Positions 50,862 through 58,416 of a stretch of DNA of 64,000 nt are shown here, piece by piece (the stretch's first letter is position 1; the number at the start of each line of letters is the position of its first letter). The position numbers and the translations under genes are program-made. Source of the DNA: Patescibacteria group bacterium (GTDB taxonomy: Bacteria; Patescibacteriota; Microgenomatia; UBA1400; Chisholmbacteraceae); assembly GCA_022564195.1 (NCBI GenBank), contig JADFLW010000003.1:12747-76746 (forward strand), given 5' to 3'. The notes beneath the pieces were generated by a model. That model made no database searches, was not told the DNA's origin, and saw nothing but the letters and a program-made list of their open reading frames with translations.

Positions 50862-51437
50862 TTAATATGCTGCCTCAGCGATGAATCCAACCCGCTGAGG
50901 AGGCCAATACCGCACCCATGCCCGACCGACGATATTCTCCGCCGGCACTGGACCCCAACCACGTGAATCGCTCGAATGTCCCCGGTTATCCCCGAGAACG
51001 AAGTACTCATCTTCTCCAAGACGTAGGGTAAAGGGTTTATTTCCAGGTGTGCCTGTTCCAAAGGCAGTTTCATTGGGAAGATAGGCTTCCGAAAGCGTGG
51101 TCCCATTGACCAAAATTTCCCCTTCTTGGATTGTGATGGTCTCCTGAGGCAAGCCGACGATGCGTTTGACAAAGTCGCATTGCAGTTCCAGAGGGCAGCG
51201 TGCACTCGGCGGCGCACGGAAAATAATCACGTCACCTCTCCTCGGATCGTTGAATCGATAGGAGAACTTATCGGTCAGAAGGTACTCTCCATCCAAGAAA
51301 TTGGGCCACATCGAATTCCCGTTGATCTGGTGTGGCTGGATCAAGAAAAGGTAGATAATCACAAAAATGGCCATAGCAACGACGACCGTCTCGATGATGT
51401 CCAAAAAAAAGCGGGCAATCAACCGCAGAAGCTTCAT
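50862..51437 (-). CDS. lepB: signal peptidase I
   Basis: 'GNSMWPNFLDGEY' (Ser box) and 'VLGDNRGHSSDSRGWGPVP' S26 motifs. Confidence 0.85.
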   Translation of the reverse strand: MKLLRLIARFFLDIIETVVVAMAIFVIIYLFLIQPHQINGNSMWPNFLDGEYLLTDKFSYRFNDPRRGDVIIFRAPPSARCPLELQCDFVKRIVGLPQETITIQEGEILVNGTTLSEAYLPNETAFGTGTPGNKPFTLRLGEDEYFVLGDNRGHSSDSRGWGPVPAENIVGRAWVRYWPPQRVGFIAEAAY

Positions 51438-51456
51438 GAGCGTATTATGCCTCTCC

Positions 51457-51485
51457 TTTCGCCCGAAGGCAAGAACTGATATAAT
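51457..51485 (+). promoter_or_regulatory. putative promoter of tRNA-Val (extended -10 TGaTATAAT)
   Basis: 'TGATATAAT' at 51477-51485, 11 nt before the tRNA 5' end. The -35 is weak. Confidence 0.3.
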
Positions 51486-51496
51486 ACGAGATGGTT

Positions 51497-51572
51497 GGGC
51501 TCATAGCTCAATCGGCAGAGTGCTTCGTTCACATCGAAGAGGTTCCAGGTTCGAGTCCTGGTGAGCCCACCA
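51497..51572 (+). tRNA. tRNA-Val: tRNA-Val (anticodon CAC), CCA encoded
   Basis: Manual cloverleaf. Acceptor GGGCTCA/TGAGCCC. D-arm GCTC..GAGT. Anticodon stem CTTCG/CGAAG with loop TTCACAT. T-arm CCAGG-TTCGAGT-CCTGG. Discriminator A followed by CCA. Confidence 0.8.
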
Positions 51573-51574
51573 AT

Positions 51575-51910
51575 ATGAAAATCGTCTCTCTCGAGAAACT
51601 CAAAGATGAACCGCTGACTCACAGTCCTAAGATCAAGAAACGGGTTTTGCTAAAAAAAGGAGAGGTTCCTCATCTGACAAGTTTCTCACAAGCCACTTTC
51701 AAGCCTGGACAAATCGCCAGCGAACACGTCCATGAGGATATGTACGAAGTCTATTTAGTTCAAGGTGGAACGGGCCTGATCAAAGTCGATGGAAAAGTAC
51801 ACCAACTCAAAAAAGGCGACTGCGTGATGACTGAGCCAGGAGAGAACCACGAATTCATCAACACCGGCTCCGAGGACTTAGTCCTCACCTACTTCGGAAT
51901 ACAAAAGTAA
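51575..51910 (+). CDS. cupin-domain protein
   Basis: 111 aa with 'GQIASEHVHEDMYEVYLVQGG...GENHEFIN' double-His cupin motifs. The ORF-track start at 51491 overlaps the tRNA and is rejected. Confidence 0.6.
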   Translation: MKIVSLEKLKDEPLTHSPKIKKRVLLKKGEVPHLTSFSQATFKPGQIASEHVHEDMYEVYLVQGGTGLIKVDGKVHQLKKGDCVMTEPGENHEFINTGSEDLVLTYFGIQK

Positions 51911-52006
51911 AGGAAATTCTTCTTAGGGAAAAAAGAAACCAAATAAGAACGCGTGTATGTAGGGATTGAAGAGAAAGAGAAAGCCAAACCCCAAAAAGGG
52001 GAGGTG

Positions 52007-52037
52007 AGATAGGCTCAGAGCCCACCTCACCTGTTCT
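52007..52037. terminator. bidirectional hairpin terminator between the cupin gene (+) and the island operon (-)
   Basis: 'AGGTGAG-ataggctcagagcccac-CTCACCT' is a 7-bp stem. On the - strand it is followed by CCCCUUUUUGGGG and a U-rich tract. Confidence 0.35.
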
Positions 52038-52199
52038 CTCGCCGCCTCACAAGGCCATTGTAGGCCCAGAGTCCCAGGCCTCCCGCACATAGTGGGAAGA
52101 CGGAGGAAAATGACGAGATTGCTCAACACCTCTCGCACTTCAGTAAGCTCATGGATGCGATCCGACCGATAGCTAAGCGGCCGTGTGATCACGAGCGCG

Positions 52200-53639
52200 T
52201 CAGCTCTCCGCAACAGCTGCTGGGCGAGCAGGAGCCGGACGTCCGAGCCCGAGCTCCTCGGCGTAGTAGGTGATCGGTTTATCCCTCGTCTCCCTGATGA
52301 GGTCCTTTTGGGCGAACACCCACCGATTGGTAGCCTCATTGCCATTCCAGTAGACAGCTTTCACCCGCTTGATTTCGTCATACTGATCACTGGTGGTAAG
52401 GTTTTTAAGCTTCCGGCACTTCGACCTACCCACATTGATCTTCGGATGGTCAGCTAAAGGGTTGTCGGTGAACAACCACAAGAGAGTCGAGAGCGAAAGC
52501 ATCTTCTCCCGAGCAAAGTAGGCTTCGGTGGTCTGCTCCCCTCCTTGCTCATAGAGAACGTCGACGATGAGTGTCAGGCTTCGTTCCTTGCCGTCTCCGT
52601 TCGGCCGCGAGTCCCTGTACTGGCCTTTGATCGCCAGAAGCTCTGTGCCAAAGGCGATTGATTGGACGGAAATGGCTCCCGGAATCCAAGGCTGGCCTTC
52701 GGTTTTGAAGTCGCCTTCCGTTCTGAAGACCGGGCTGCGGGAATGGCCCTGGACGACCTTCGTCCCCGAGGTCTTGATCGCGATCACGCGTTTCCCGGAA
52801 GCCGTCAGCCGCCGAGCGCGCTTGATGAAAAACTCTCCCATCTGCACCCAGGCGAACATCGGGGTGACCCCTTCTGGCGCAGCATAGAGCTCCACTCGAG
52901 GATCTTCCAGATGGCCCATGAACAGCATATCATCGCTGAGGTCCGTGTAGTCCTCTTCCCGCTCTCCGGCGATGCAGGCCATGAGATGAAAGTCTGAGTA
53001 CTGATCCTCCTCCATCATCAACATCGCTGCCCTAAAAATCGCCCGTAGATTCATGGTCTTGCCAACTCCACCTGGACCGGCAATCCATAGACCGTGGCCT
53101 TCGCCGAGCGGCCATCCGCCACGGAAAATGATCCCGAGGACAGGTTCGTACTCTTCGTCCCAGGAAACCCGGCGATCGAAGTAGTCGAGTGGAAGAGGTT
53201 TGTTGGGATAGCGGCCGAAGATCTTGTTCTGATCCTCCTCGTCCGGCTTCGCAACCAAAGTGGGCCAATTTCGGACCACCGCAGCGTCCGTTTCCCCGTT
53301 GACGGAAATGATCTGAGTGATAGGGTCCGGAGGAACCTCTTCCTCGTTGTCGGATCTGCTGCTCGATCTGTCAGGCGGCTCCCGATAGAGGATAAGATCC
53401 CCTTCCCGTAATCCCCACAGCTCCACAGTAGGGGAAGGAATGAATCGGCCCCTTGCAAGGGACTCAGCAAAAATCTCACTCCTGGGGAATTTCGCCAACT
53501 TCTTGGCGTTTGGCGGGATGACCACCGTATCTGGAGTTCCCCATTTGCCGTATACAGGTCTCTGGCTCTGAGGGAGCTCCGAGAGGGGTCGTTGTAGTAC
53601 CAACCCACGCTTCGGTTTATCATCTTGTGTACTCAACAC
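52200..53639 (-). CDS. P-loop NTPase (island gene A), function unknown
   Basis: Walker A 'GPGGVGKT' in mid-protein and a candidate Walker B 'LTLIVDV'. The start is re-set to GTG at 53637-53639, because the conserved hairpin+SD leader motif ('GGAAAGGAG' + 8 nt) sits immediately upstream. The ORF-track ATG at 53699 lies inside that leader. Confidence 0.55.
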   Translation of the reverse strand: MLSTQDDKPKRGLVLQRPLSELPQSQRPVYGKWGTPDTVVIPPNAKKLAKFPRSEIFAESLARGRFIPSPTVELWGLREGDLILYREPPDRSSSRSDNEEEVPPDPITQIISVNGETDAAVVRNWPTLVAKPDEEDQNKIFGRYPNKPLPLDYFDRRVSWDEEYEPVLGIIFRGGWPLGEGHGLWIAGPGGVGKTMNLRAIFRAAMLMMEEDQYSDFHLMACIAGEREEDYTDLSDDMLFMGHLEDPRVELYAAPEGVTPMFAWVQMGEFFIKRARRLTASGKRVIAIKTSGTKVVQGHSRSPVFRTEGDFKTEGQPWIPGAISVQSIAFGTELLAIKGQYRDSRPNGDGKERSLTLIVDVLYEQGGEQTTEAYFAREKMLSLSTLLWLFTDNPLADHPKINVGRSKCRKLKNLTTSDQYDEIKRVKAVYWNGNEATNRWVFAQKDLIRETRDKPITYYAEELGLGRPAPARPAAVAES

Positions 53640-53648
53640 AAGTCTTTC

Positions 53649-53678
53649 TCCTTTCCTAGTGGGCCTCAGGCCCAACCG
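53649..53678 (-). promoter_or_regulatory. conserved leader hairpin + SD motif (copy for gene A)
   Basis: Gene-sense 'CGGUU-GGGCC-UGA-GGCCC-ACUAGGAAAGGAG'. A degenerate second copy lies at 53721-53750. Confidence 0.5.
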
Positions 53679-53996
53679 GTCAGTCCGTTTTCCAGTCATT
53701 GCTGGATTGGGAACAGGCTACCCTCTAGTAGTGGGCCTCTGGTCCAAAAGGAAATCTCTAGAGAGCATTCCGTTCCCAATCCGTACGCGTTCTTATTTGG
53801 TTGTCAAGGAGCTAATGCGAAGCATAAGCTCCGCACCCGCCAATATTTTTCGAGGGAGTATACGGCTGACTAAGCAGTAAGCCGACCATCGATAAAATAT
53901 GGTGGGAAAGTGCTATCCCGCTCAAGCGGGATCCAAATGCCCGCCCCAACAAACGCCAAATGTCTGTTTGCAGGCGTCTTATAAATTGTCAATTTT

Positions 53997-54063
53997 CCTC
54001 TGTTTCGCCCTCCGTAGCTTTAGCGTAGGGGGCTCATCAGTCAGCCTTTGGCTGAAACAGAAA
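53997..54063 (-). ncRNA. hammerhead ribozyme, type III (HHR-1)
   Basis: Gene-sense 'UUUCUGU U|UCAGCC-AAA-GGCUGA CUGAUGA G-CCCCCUACGC-UAAA-GCUACGGAGGG-C GAA ACAGAGG'. Canonical CUGAUGAG...CGAAAC core. Stem III UUUCUGU/ACAGAGG, stem I UCAGCC/GGCUGA, GUU cleavage triplet. Confidence 0.6.
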
Positions 54064-54225
54064 ACAACACAACAAAATCAAACTACAACCCCCTTCACAC
54101 AAACAAACAAACAAACAATTCATCAACCCCGCAAATGGGATTGAGATGTCTGCCGAATTTCGGTGAAGAGAGGGTGAGGGAGGGATCCCAAACTTCGGGA
54201 TCCCATTCCCATGTCAACGTCCCTC

Positions 54226-54576
54226 TTAGGACCGCCACGGTCTTCGGCCTATCCATTCGGCTGTTGGGAGGTCATTCCCGCGCCATCGTCCGTTGGATCG
54301 CAATGGATCCTCATTGACGACCTGACGTAAAAGCCCAATGGAAAGGGCGATCGCGCCGATGATGCCAACGAAAACGGCCAGGAAGCTCGAAACCAAACGC
54401 GAGAGTAGTGGAATGGACTCCACCAAATCTCGCTGAGCCGACGTTAACTCGCCGCCCGACGGAAAGCCAAATGCCGCAAACACATGAAGCGCGAATATGC
54501 CTCCCAGGAAAGGTAGGAGCAAATGAGGCCGATGAAAAGTGCTAAATGGACTCGGAAGTACCAGTCCGAAAACCAT
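54226..54576 (-). CDS. small two-TM membrane protein (pilin/VirB2-like topology)
   Basis: 116 aa. GAGGAG SD 8 nt before the ATG. Hydrophobic N-terminal segment, polar loop, second TM helix. Confidence 0.4.
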   Translation of the reverse strand: MVFGLVLPSPFSTFHRPHLLLPFLGGIFALHVFAAFGFPSGGELTSAQRDLVESIPLLSRLVSSFLAVFVGIIGAIALSIGLLRQVVNEDPLRSNGRWRGNDLPTAEWIGRRPWRS

Positions 54577-54677
54577 TTCGGTACGCTCCTCTCATTCGGC
54601 TCTTTCCTCTTAGCTCCCAAAGGAGCACGTCCGCGATTCTTGCCGTTTCCCGCGATCCAACCCCTCAAAGTGATCAA
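54444..54677 (-). CDS. possible small one-TM ORF (TTG start) overlapping the previous gene in another frame
   Basis: Preceded by a perfect copy of the conserved hairpin+SD motif ('CGGUU-UGGCC-AGA-GGCCA-ACUACGAAGGGAGG'). Overlaps the 54226-54576 gene by 132 nt, so one of the two is probably mis-modelled. Confidence 0.2.
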   Translation of the reverse strand: MITLRGWIAGNGKNRGRAPLGAKRKEPNERSVPKWFSDWYFRVHLALFIGLICSYLSWEAYSRFMCLRHLAFRRAAS

Positions 54678-54680
54678 ATC

Positions 54681-54716
54681 CTTCCTCCCTTCGTAGTTGG
54701 CCTCTGGCCAAACCGG
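54681..54716 (-). promoter_or_regulatory. conserved leader hairpin + SD motif (copy for small ORF)
   Basis: See the leader-motif finding. Confidence 0.45.
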
Positions 54717-54914
54717 ATACTGGAACGCTTCATTGGGCGATTGATCCCGAATGAAGGATAAAACGGATAAGTCCGGGAGGAGCAGGTTCGAGAGAACCCA
54801 ACTCCTCTTTTTTTGGCTAGCGCCGATCAGATCAAGAGCAAGAGCAATGCATACCCCAGCCATTTCAACTGAACGTTTTGGAACATGATCGCTCCTTCCA
54901 TCGAATCGTCGTGA

Positions 54915-56537
54915 CTAAGACGACGAATCGTTCTCATCAACCTCTCGGAGTTGAGACGGTCTGGTTCGACCGCCTGACGATTTCCCGCGACGAAGCCGTA
55001 GCGAGACGCGCCCCCGTGACACCGCGGTATCCCCCGACGCCAAAGCGCTATCGTCGACTTCGCGTAGGGTAGAGGATCTCTTCGCCGGCTGCGCAACCTC
55101 CGGTGGTTGAGCCACATCCGTGACCCGATCCACCACAGTCGGCTGCAGTTCACGATACTTCTCTTGCACGTATCGCGCCTCGATGTCGGCGATGTGCCAT
55201 CCCTGACCGAGCAACCGGGCAAACAGCCTGAGCGTAATACCAGAGCGAAGGCAGAACGCGATCGCGTCGTCCCTCTCAAGACCAGCGTCTTCGATGCGCT
55301 TACGCTTGTAGAAGGTATCGCTGTCCCACAGCGCTTCGAGCTCTGCGCGAAATTTCGCGTTGTCTTGCTTGAGCTCGTCAAGCGAGCGGGTGATCACCGG
55401 ACGGCCCGGGAGTTCATCAGAGAACTCCTCCTGAACCTCCGCAATGGTGACCCCAGGCATAGCCAGTTCTTGCCCGATCTCGAAGCCTTCAAAGCTCCAA
55501 TGATCGGGATCCTCGACTGTGGCCTCGTCAATCGTGGAGGGTTCTGCCTTGATCCGAAGCAGGGCGTCGTAATGAACCATCACTGCCTGGAAAGCCTCCT
55601 CCGCCTGCGCATCGGTCGCGCCTCCAGCAAGGGCCTCCACTCCAGCTGCATTCGCTCGACTCTCAGCTGTGCCTCGAAGCTGTAGCATGAACGCTGCGCG
55701 TCGTCGAATCTTGCCCCGAGCATTCATGAAAGCGACGGCATTCTCCCTGTAGAGAGCCAAGTCGTGTGCCCGTGGCCCGGCCCTGGAGGGGAAGCTCAAG
55801 CTCATGACATCCTCTTTCTGGAATCTGCGCTTGTTCCACCACTTCCTGAGTCGACTCGTCTTGATATCATTATCGAGCAGGTCAGGATCGGTGCGGGCCA
55901 ACACGTCTTCGATCATCGTCGTCGGCGTCGCCGAGATATACATATCCTCCCCGGCCTTGAATAGGCTGGGAATGGTGACACCGCCTTTGCGATGTCGCAT
56001 CTCATCAGTGTAGATGAGATACCTGTCTTGGCGTTGCTGCCAGCGAAGGACGTGGTACGTAAGCGTCGGCGTGAGGAACGCAAGCACAGGCCACGCCCAA
56101 AACGCCATCCCCCATTCGGGGGCCGATGGGTCGATCAACTTGAAATCGGGGACGTCTGGCGAAACCGTGATCGCCGCTACAAATGCGCCCAACGCCAAAT
56201 TGATGAACGACACCGTGACAGCCAGGAGAAACGGCCCAAAGATGCTAAAACCGAAGGCGAAGGGAGACCATTTGAGAAACTCCGGCCAAACGTACGCCTT
56301 CTTGCTCATTTCCAGCACCTTTTCAAGCCTAACTCCTGCCTCGAGTTCGCGCGTCCGCTTCTTCTCACTCACGAGGAAGAAAAAGTCGAAGACACGCTGG
56401 ATCACCTTCTCCCCGAAAGGGAAGATCATCAGTGTTGCAGAGAAGATGATCCAGACGCAAACCACGATGATGGCAAGGCCAACATACGCGGCTGCATCCG
56501 ACGGAAGTACCTCTGAAAGGAACTCTTCGAACGTCAC
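54915..56537 (-). CDS. membrane protein with N-terminal TM bundle and large cytoplasmic domain (island gene B)
   Basis: 540 aa, with 3-4 N-terminal TM helices and no P-loop. GTG start (complement 56535-56537) 8 nt after an AAGGAG SD that lies within the conserved leader motif. Confidence 0.5.
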   Translation of the reverse strand: MTFEEFLSEVLPSDAAAYVGLAIIVVCVWIIFSATLMIFPFGEKVIQRVFDFFFLVSEKKRTRELEAGVRLEKVLEMSKKAYVWPEFLKWSPFAFGFSIFGPFLLAVTVSFINLALGAFVAAITVSPDVPDFKLIDPSAPEWGMAFWAWPVLAFLTPTLTYHVLRWQQRQDRYLIYTDEMRHRKGGVTIPSLFKAGEDMYISATPTTMIEDVLARTDPDLLDNDIKTSRLRKWWNKRRFQKEDVMSLSFPSRAGPRAHDLALYRENAVAFMNARGKIRRRAAFMLQLRGTAESRANAAGVEALAGGATDAQAEEAFQAVMVHYDALLRIKAEPSTIDEATVEDPDHWSFEGFEIGQELAMPGVTIAEVQEEFSDELPGRPVITRSLDELKQDNAKFRAELEALWDSDTFYKRKRIEDAGLERDDAIAFCLRSGITLRLFARLLGQGWHIADIEARYVQEKYRELQPTVVDRVTDVAQPPEVAQPAKRSSTLREVDDSALASGDTAVSRGRVSLRLRRGKSSGGRTRPSQLREVDENDSSS

Positions 56538-56540
56538 ATC

Positions 56541-56576
56541 TCACACTCCTTCGTAGTGGGACTCTGTCCCAACCGA
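56541..56576 (-). promoter_or_regulatory. conserved leader hairpin + SD motif (copy for gene B)
   Basis: Gene-sense 'CGGUU-GGGAC-AGA-GUCCC-ACUACGAAGGAG'. Confidence 0.5.
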
Positions 56577-56624
56577 ATGAACCATACGCGTCGTTGCGCG
56601 TGGGCTCGAAAATGAACCCGACGG

Positions 56625-56683
56625 AGTCGGGGCCACATTAGAGCCCACTGCCTGACACGCAGGCACTCTCTACGAATGATCAA
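56625..56683 (-). repeat. conserved leader block (copy 1 of 2)
   Basis: About 85% identical to 60808-60852: 'TCGGGGCCACAT.AG.GCC.AC.GCC.GACACGCAG..ACTCTCTA'. Confidence 0.5.
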
Positions 56684-56782
56684 TTCCCATCTTTCCTTTC
56701 TATAATCTTGTTGTGTTGTCAAAGTGCGTATCCCTCGCCCGTATACCACGCTCGCATTGAGCAGGTTTGAGTTTGGAATGTA

Positions 56783-56854
56783 TTCTGTTTCGTCCCTCCA
56801 TAGCTTATTAGCGACGGGGGACTCATCAGGTCCGACGTATATCGGACGACAGAA
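56783..56854 (-). ncRNA. hammerhead ribozyme, type III (HHR-2)
   Basis: Gene-sense 'UUCUGU C|GUCCGA-UAUACG-UCGGAC CUGAUGA G-UCCCCCGUCGC-UAAUAA-GCUAUGGAGGGA-C GAA ACAGAA'. Perfect 6-bp stem III, 6-bp stem I, canonical GUC cleavage triplet. Confidence 0.65.
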
Positions 56855-56943
56855 AAACACAACAAGTAGAGCGAGGGGGGGAGAAGCAAGATGGGTGGGT
56901 GGACCGAAGGTCCACCCCTGTAGCGAGCGTTCGCTACCCCATC

Positions 56944-58407
56944 TCACTTCACCGTTGTTGCCGCGCAGGTCCCAAGGACCAACCACGGGTCCATCCAACC
57001 CCGATTCATCTCTCCGTAGAGAACGAAGTCATCGGGATGCTGATCGGAAACCCCGATATGGACATGCGATCCAGCATCGGGATTCTCAGAAGAAGGCTTC
57101 GGATAGACGTCGCCGGTATTGCCGCACTCGCCGATCTTTTGGCCTTTCTTCACCTTCCTTCCCGGGATCATCAAGAACGCCTTCTTGTCAAGGTGGGCGT
57201 ATACAACGTAGATCCCACCATGATCGATCCAGATATGCTTTCCGAACCCGGTGATCCCATCCATGAGCGTACCGGACGAGGGCTTGATGATCTTCCCGTC
57301 CGCGAGAGCCACGATCGGATCGCCTGTCGAACAGTCGAAGTCTCCACCGTAGTGGATGATGATCTTCTTGTGTCCATCCTCGTCTTCGACCTCGCGTTCT
57401 TCGAGCCACTCCCCAGTCACTACGATTGGGAAGCCTTCCGGAAACGGCGCTTCAAGAAACCCCGTCACTTCCGGCAGGAGCCCGAGCGCATCCAGGAGGT
57501 CGATGATCCATTTCCTGAGGAAGTCAAACATTCCCCAGTCAACGGTGTCTTCCGACCCTCCCGTGCCGATGACGCCGACGTCCCCAACGAGAGCATTGAT
57601 CTCTGCAGCCCTATTGACCAGGACTCCGACATAAACAAAGTCGCAGTTCCAACTGCAGTACAACGCATCGATCTTCTCTTTGCGAGACAGATTCGCTCTG
57701 TAGCCGATGGCATGCAACCAGGCGGGGATCGCGTGGAAGGAAACCTTCTCAGACCAGAAGTCACAACTTCGAACTTCGTCGTCGTTGCTCTTCTTCAGAT
57801 ACTTCTGGCAGACGATCTTCGCCGTTGTCGGTAGCCAACCGCCCCGACCCATCTCTCCGGCGCCACAGTGGCTTATGTAGCCCCCGTAGCCCTCGTAGAT
57901 ATAGGCGCGGGCGATCGGATTGCGATCCCGGACATCGTGTTTGCGCCAGTGTCGCATCATCCACCGGGCAGCGGCTAACTCCTTGCGAAGTTGCCGAGGG
58001 TTATGACCCCAGCGCTGCTTGATGCTCGATTGCCAGTCGCAGGAGCCCATGTTGTTCCCACTCGCGGATTCAAACTGCTCGATCGTGAGCAGAATGCCGA
58101 TGTCGATGTTGGCGCCGAAGCGGCGGTTACACCATAAACGCCCGGCCTCGGCATTCGCCACGGCTGAGGGAGAAAATCCCAGGGATGCAACTCGCTCCTG
58201 ATCCTCAGGGGACAGGGCAAAGTCGTATCCGCCGCAGCCGAGTCCCAACCAACGACTAACGATCTCGTTGTAGGAGTTGGGAAAGGTGGCGTGGGCGTAC
58301 CACGCGAACATGATCCCGGTAAAGGAACCGAAAATCAACAGAGGTACGCCCATCAAACTCACCAGCCCGATGAATCTACGCAGGAGTCGTTGTCCTGCAT
58401 TCATCAT
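56944..58407 (-). CDS. membrane-anchored cell-wall hydrolase with C-terminal M23 (LytM) peptidase domain (island gene C)
   Basis: N-terminal TM segment. C-terminal 'HYGGDFDC.TGDPIVALADGKII...HIWIDHGGIYVVYAHL...GECGNTG...GSHVHIGV' matches the M23 HxxxD...HxH pattern. Translationally coupled to gene D, 9 nt downstream of its stop. Confidence 0.7.
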   Translation of the reverse strand: MMNAGQRLLRRFIGLVSLMGVPLLIFGSFTGIMFAWYAHATFPNSYNEIVSRWLGLGCGGYDFALSPEDQERVASLGFSPSAVANAEAGRLWCNRRFGANIDIGILLTIEQFESASGNNMGSCDWQSSIKQRWGHNPRQLRKELAAARWMMRHWRKHDVRDRNPIARAYIYEGYGGYISHCGAGEMGRGGWLPTTAKIVCQKYLKKSNDDEVRSCDFWSEKVSFHAIPAWLHAIGYRANLSRKEKIDALYCSWNCDFVYVGVLVNRAAEINALVGDVGVIGTGGSEDTVDWGMFDFLRKWIIDLLDALGLLPEVTGFLEAPFPEGFPIVVTGEWLEEREVEDEDGHKKIIIHYGGDFDCSTGDPIVALADGKIIKPSSGTLMDGITGFGKHIWIDHGGIYVVYAHLDKKAFLMIPGRKVKKGQKIGECGNTGDVYPKPSSENPDAGSHVHIGVSDQHPDDFVLYGEMNRGWMDPWLVLGTCAATTVK

Positions 58408-58416
58408 GCACCGCCA

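Noticed and set aside
51491-51910. 139-aa ORF-track protein beginning 'MVGLIAQSAEC'
   Set aside because: The first 28 codons overlap the tRNA-Val gene. The real cupin protein starts at 51575, just after the tRNA CCA.
53640-53699. ATG-start N-terminal extension of island gene A (and similarly 60718-60828 for gene D)
   Set aside because: The extension would translate through the conserved leader hairpin+SD motif. A GTG (A) or ATG (D) with a properly spaced SD lies downstream.
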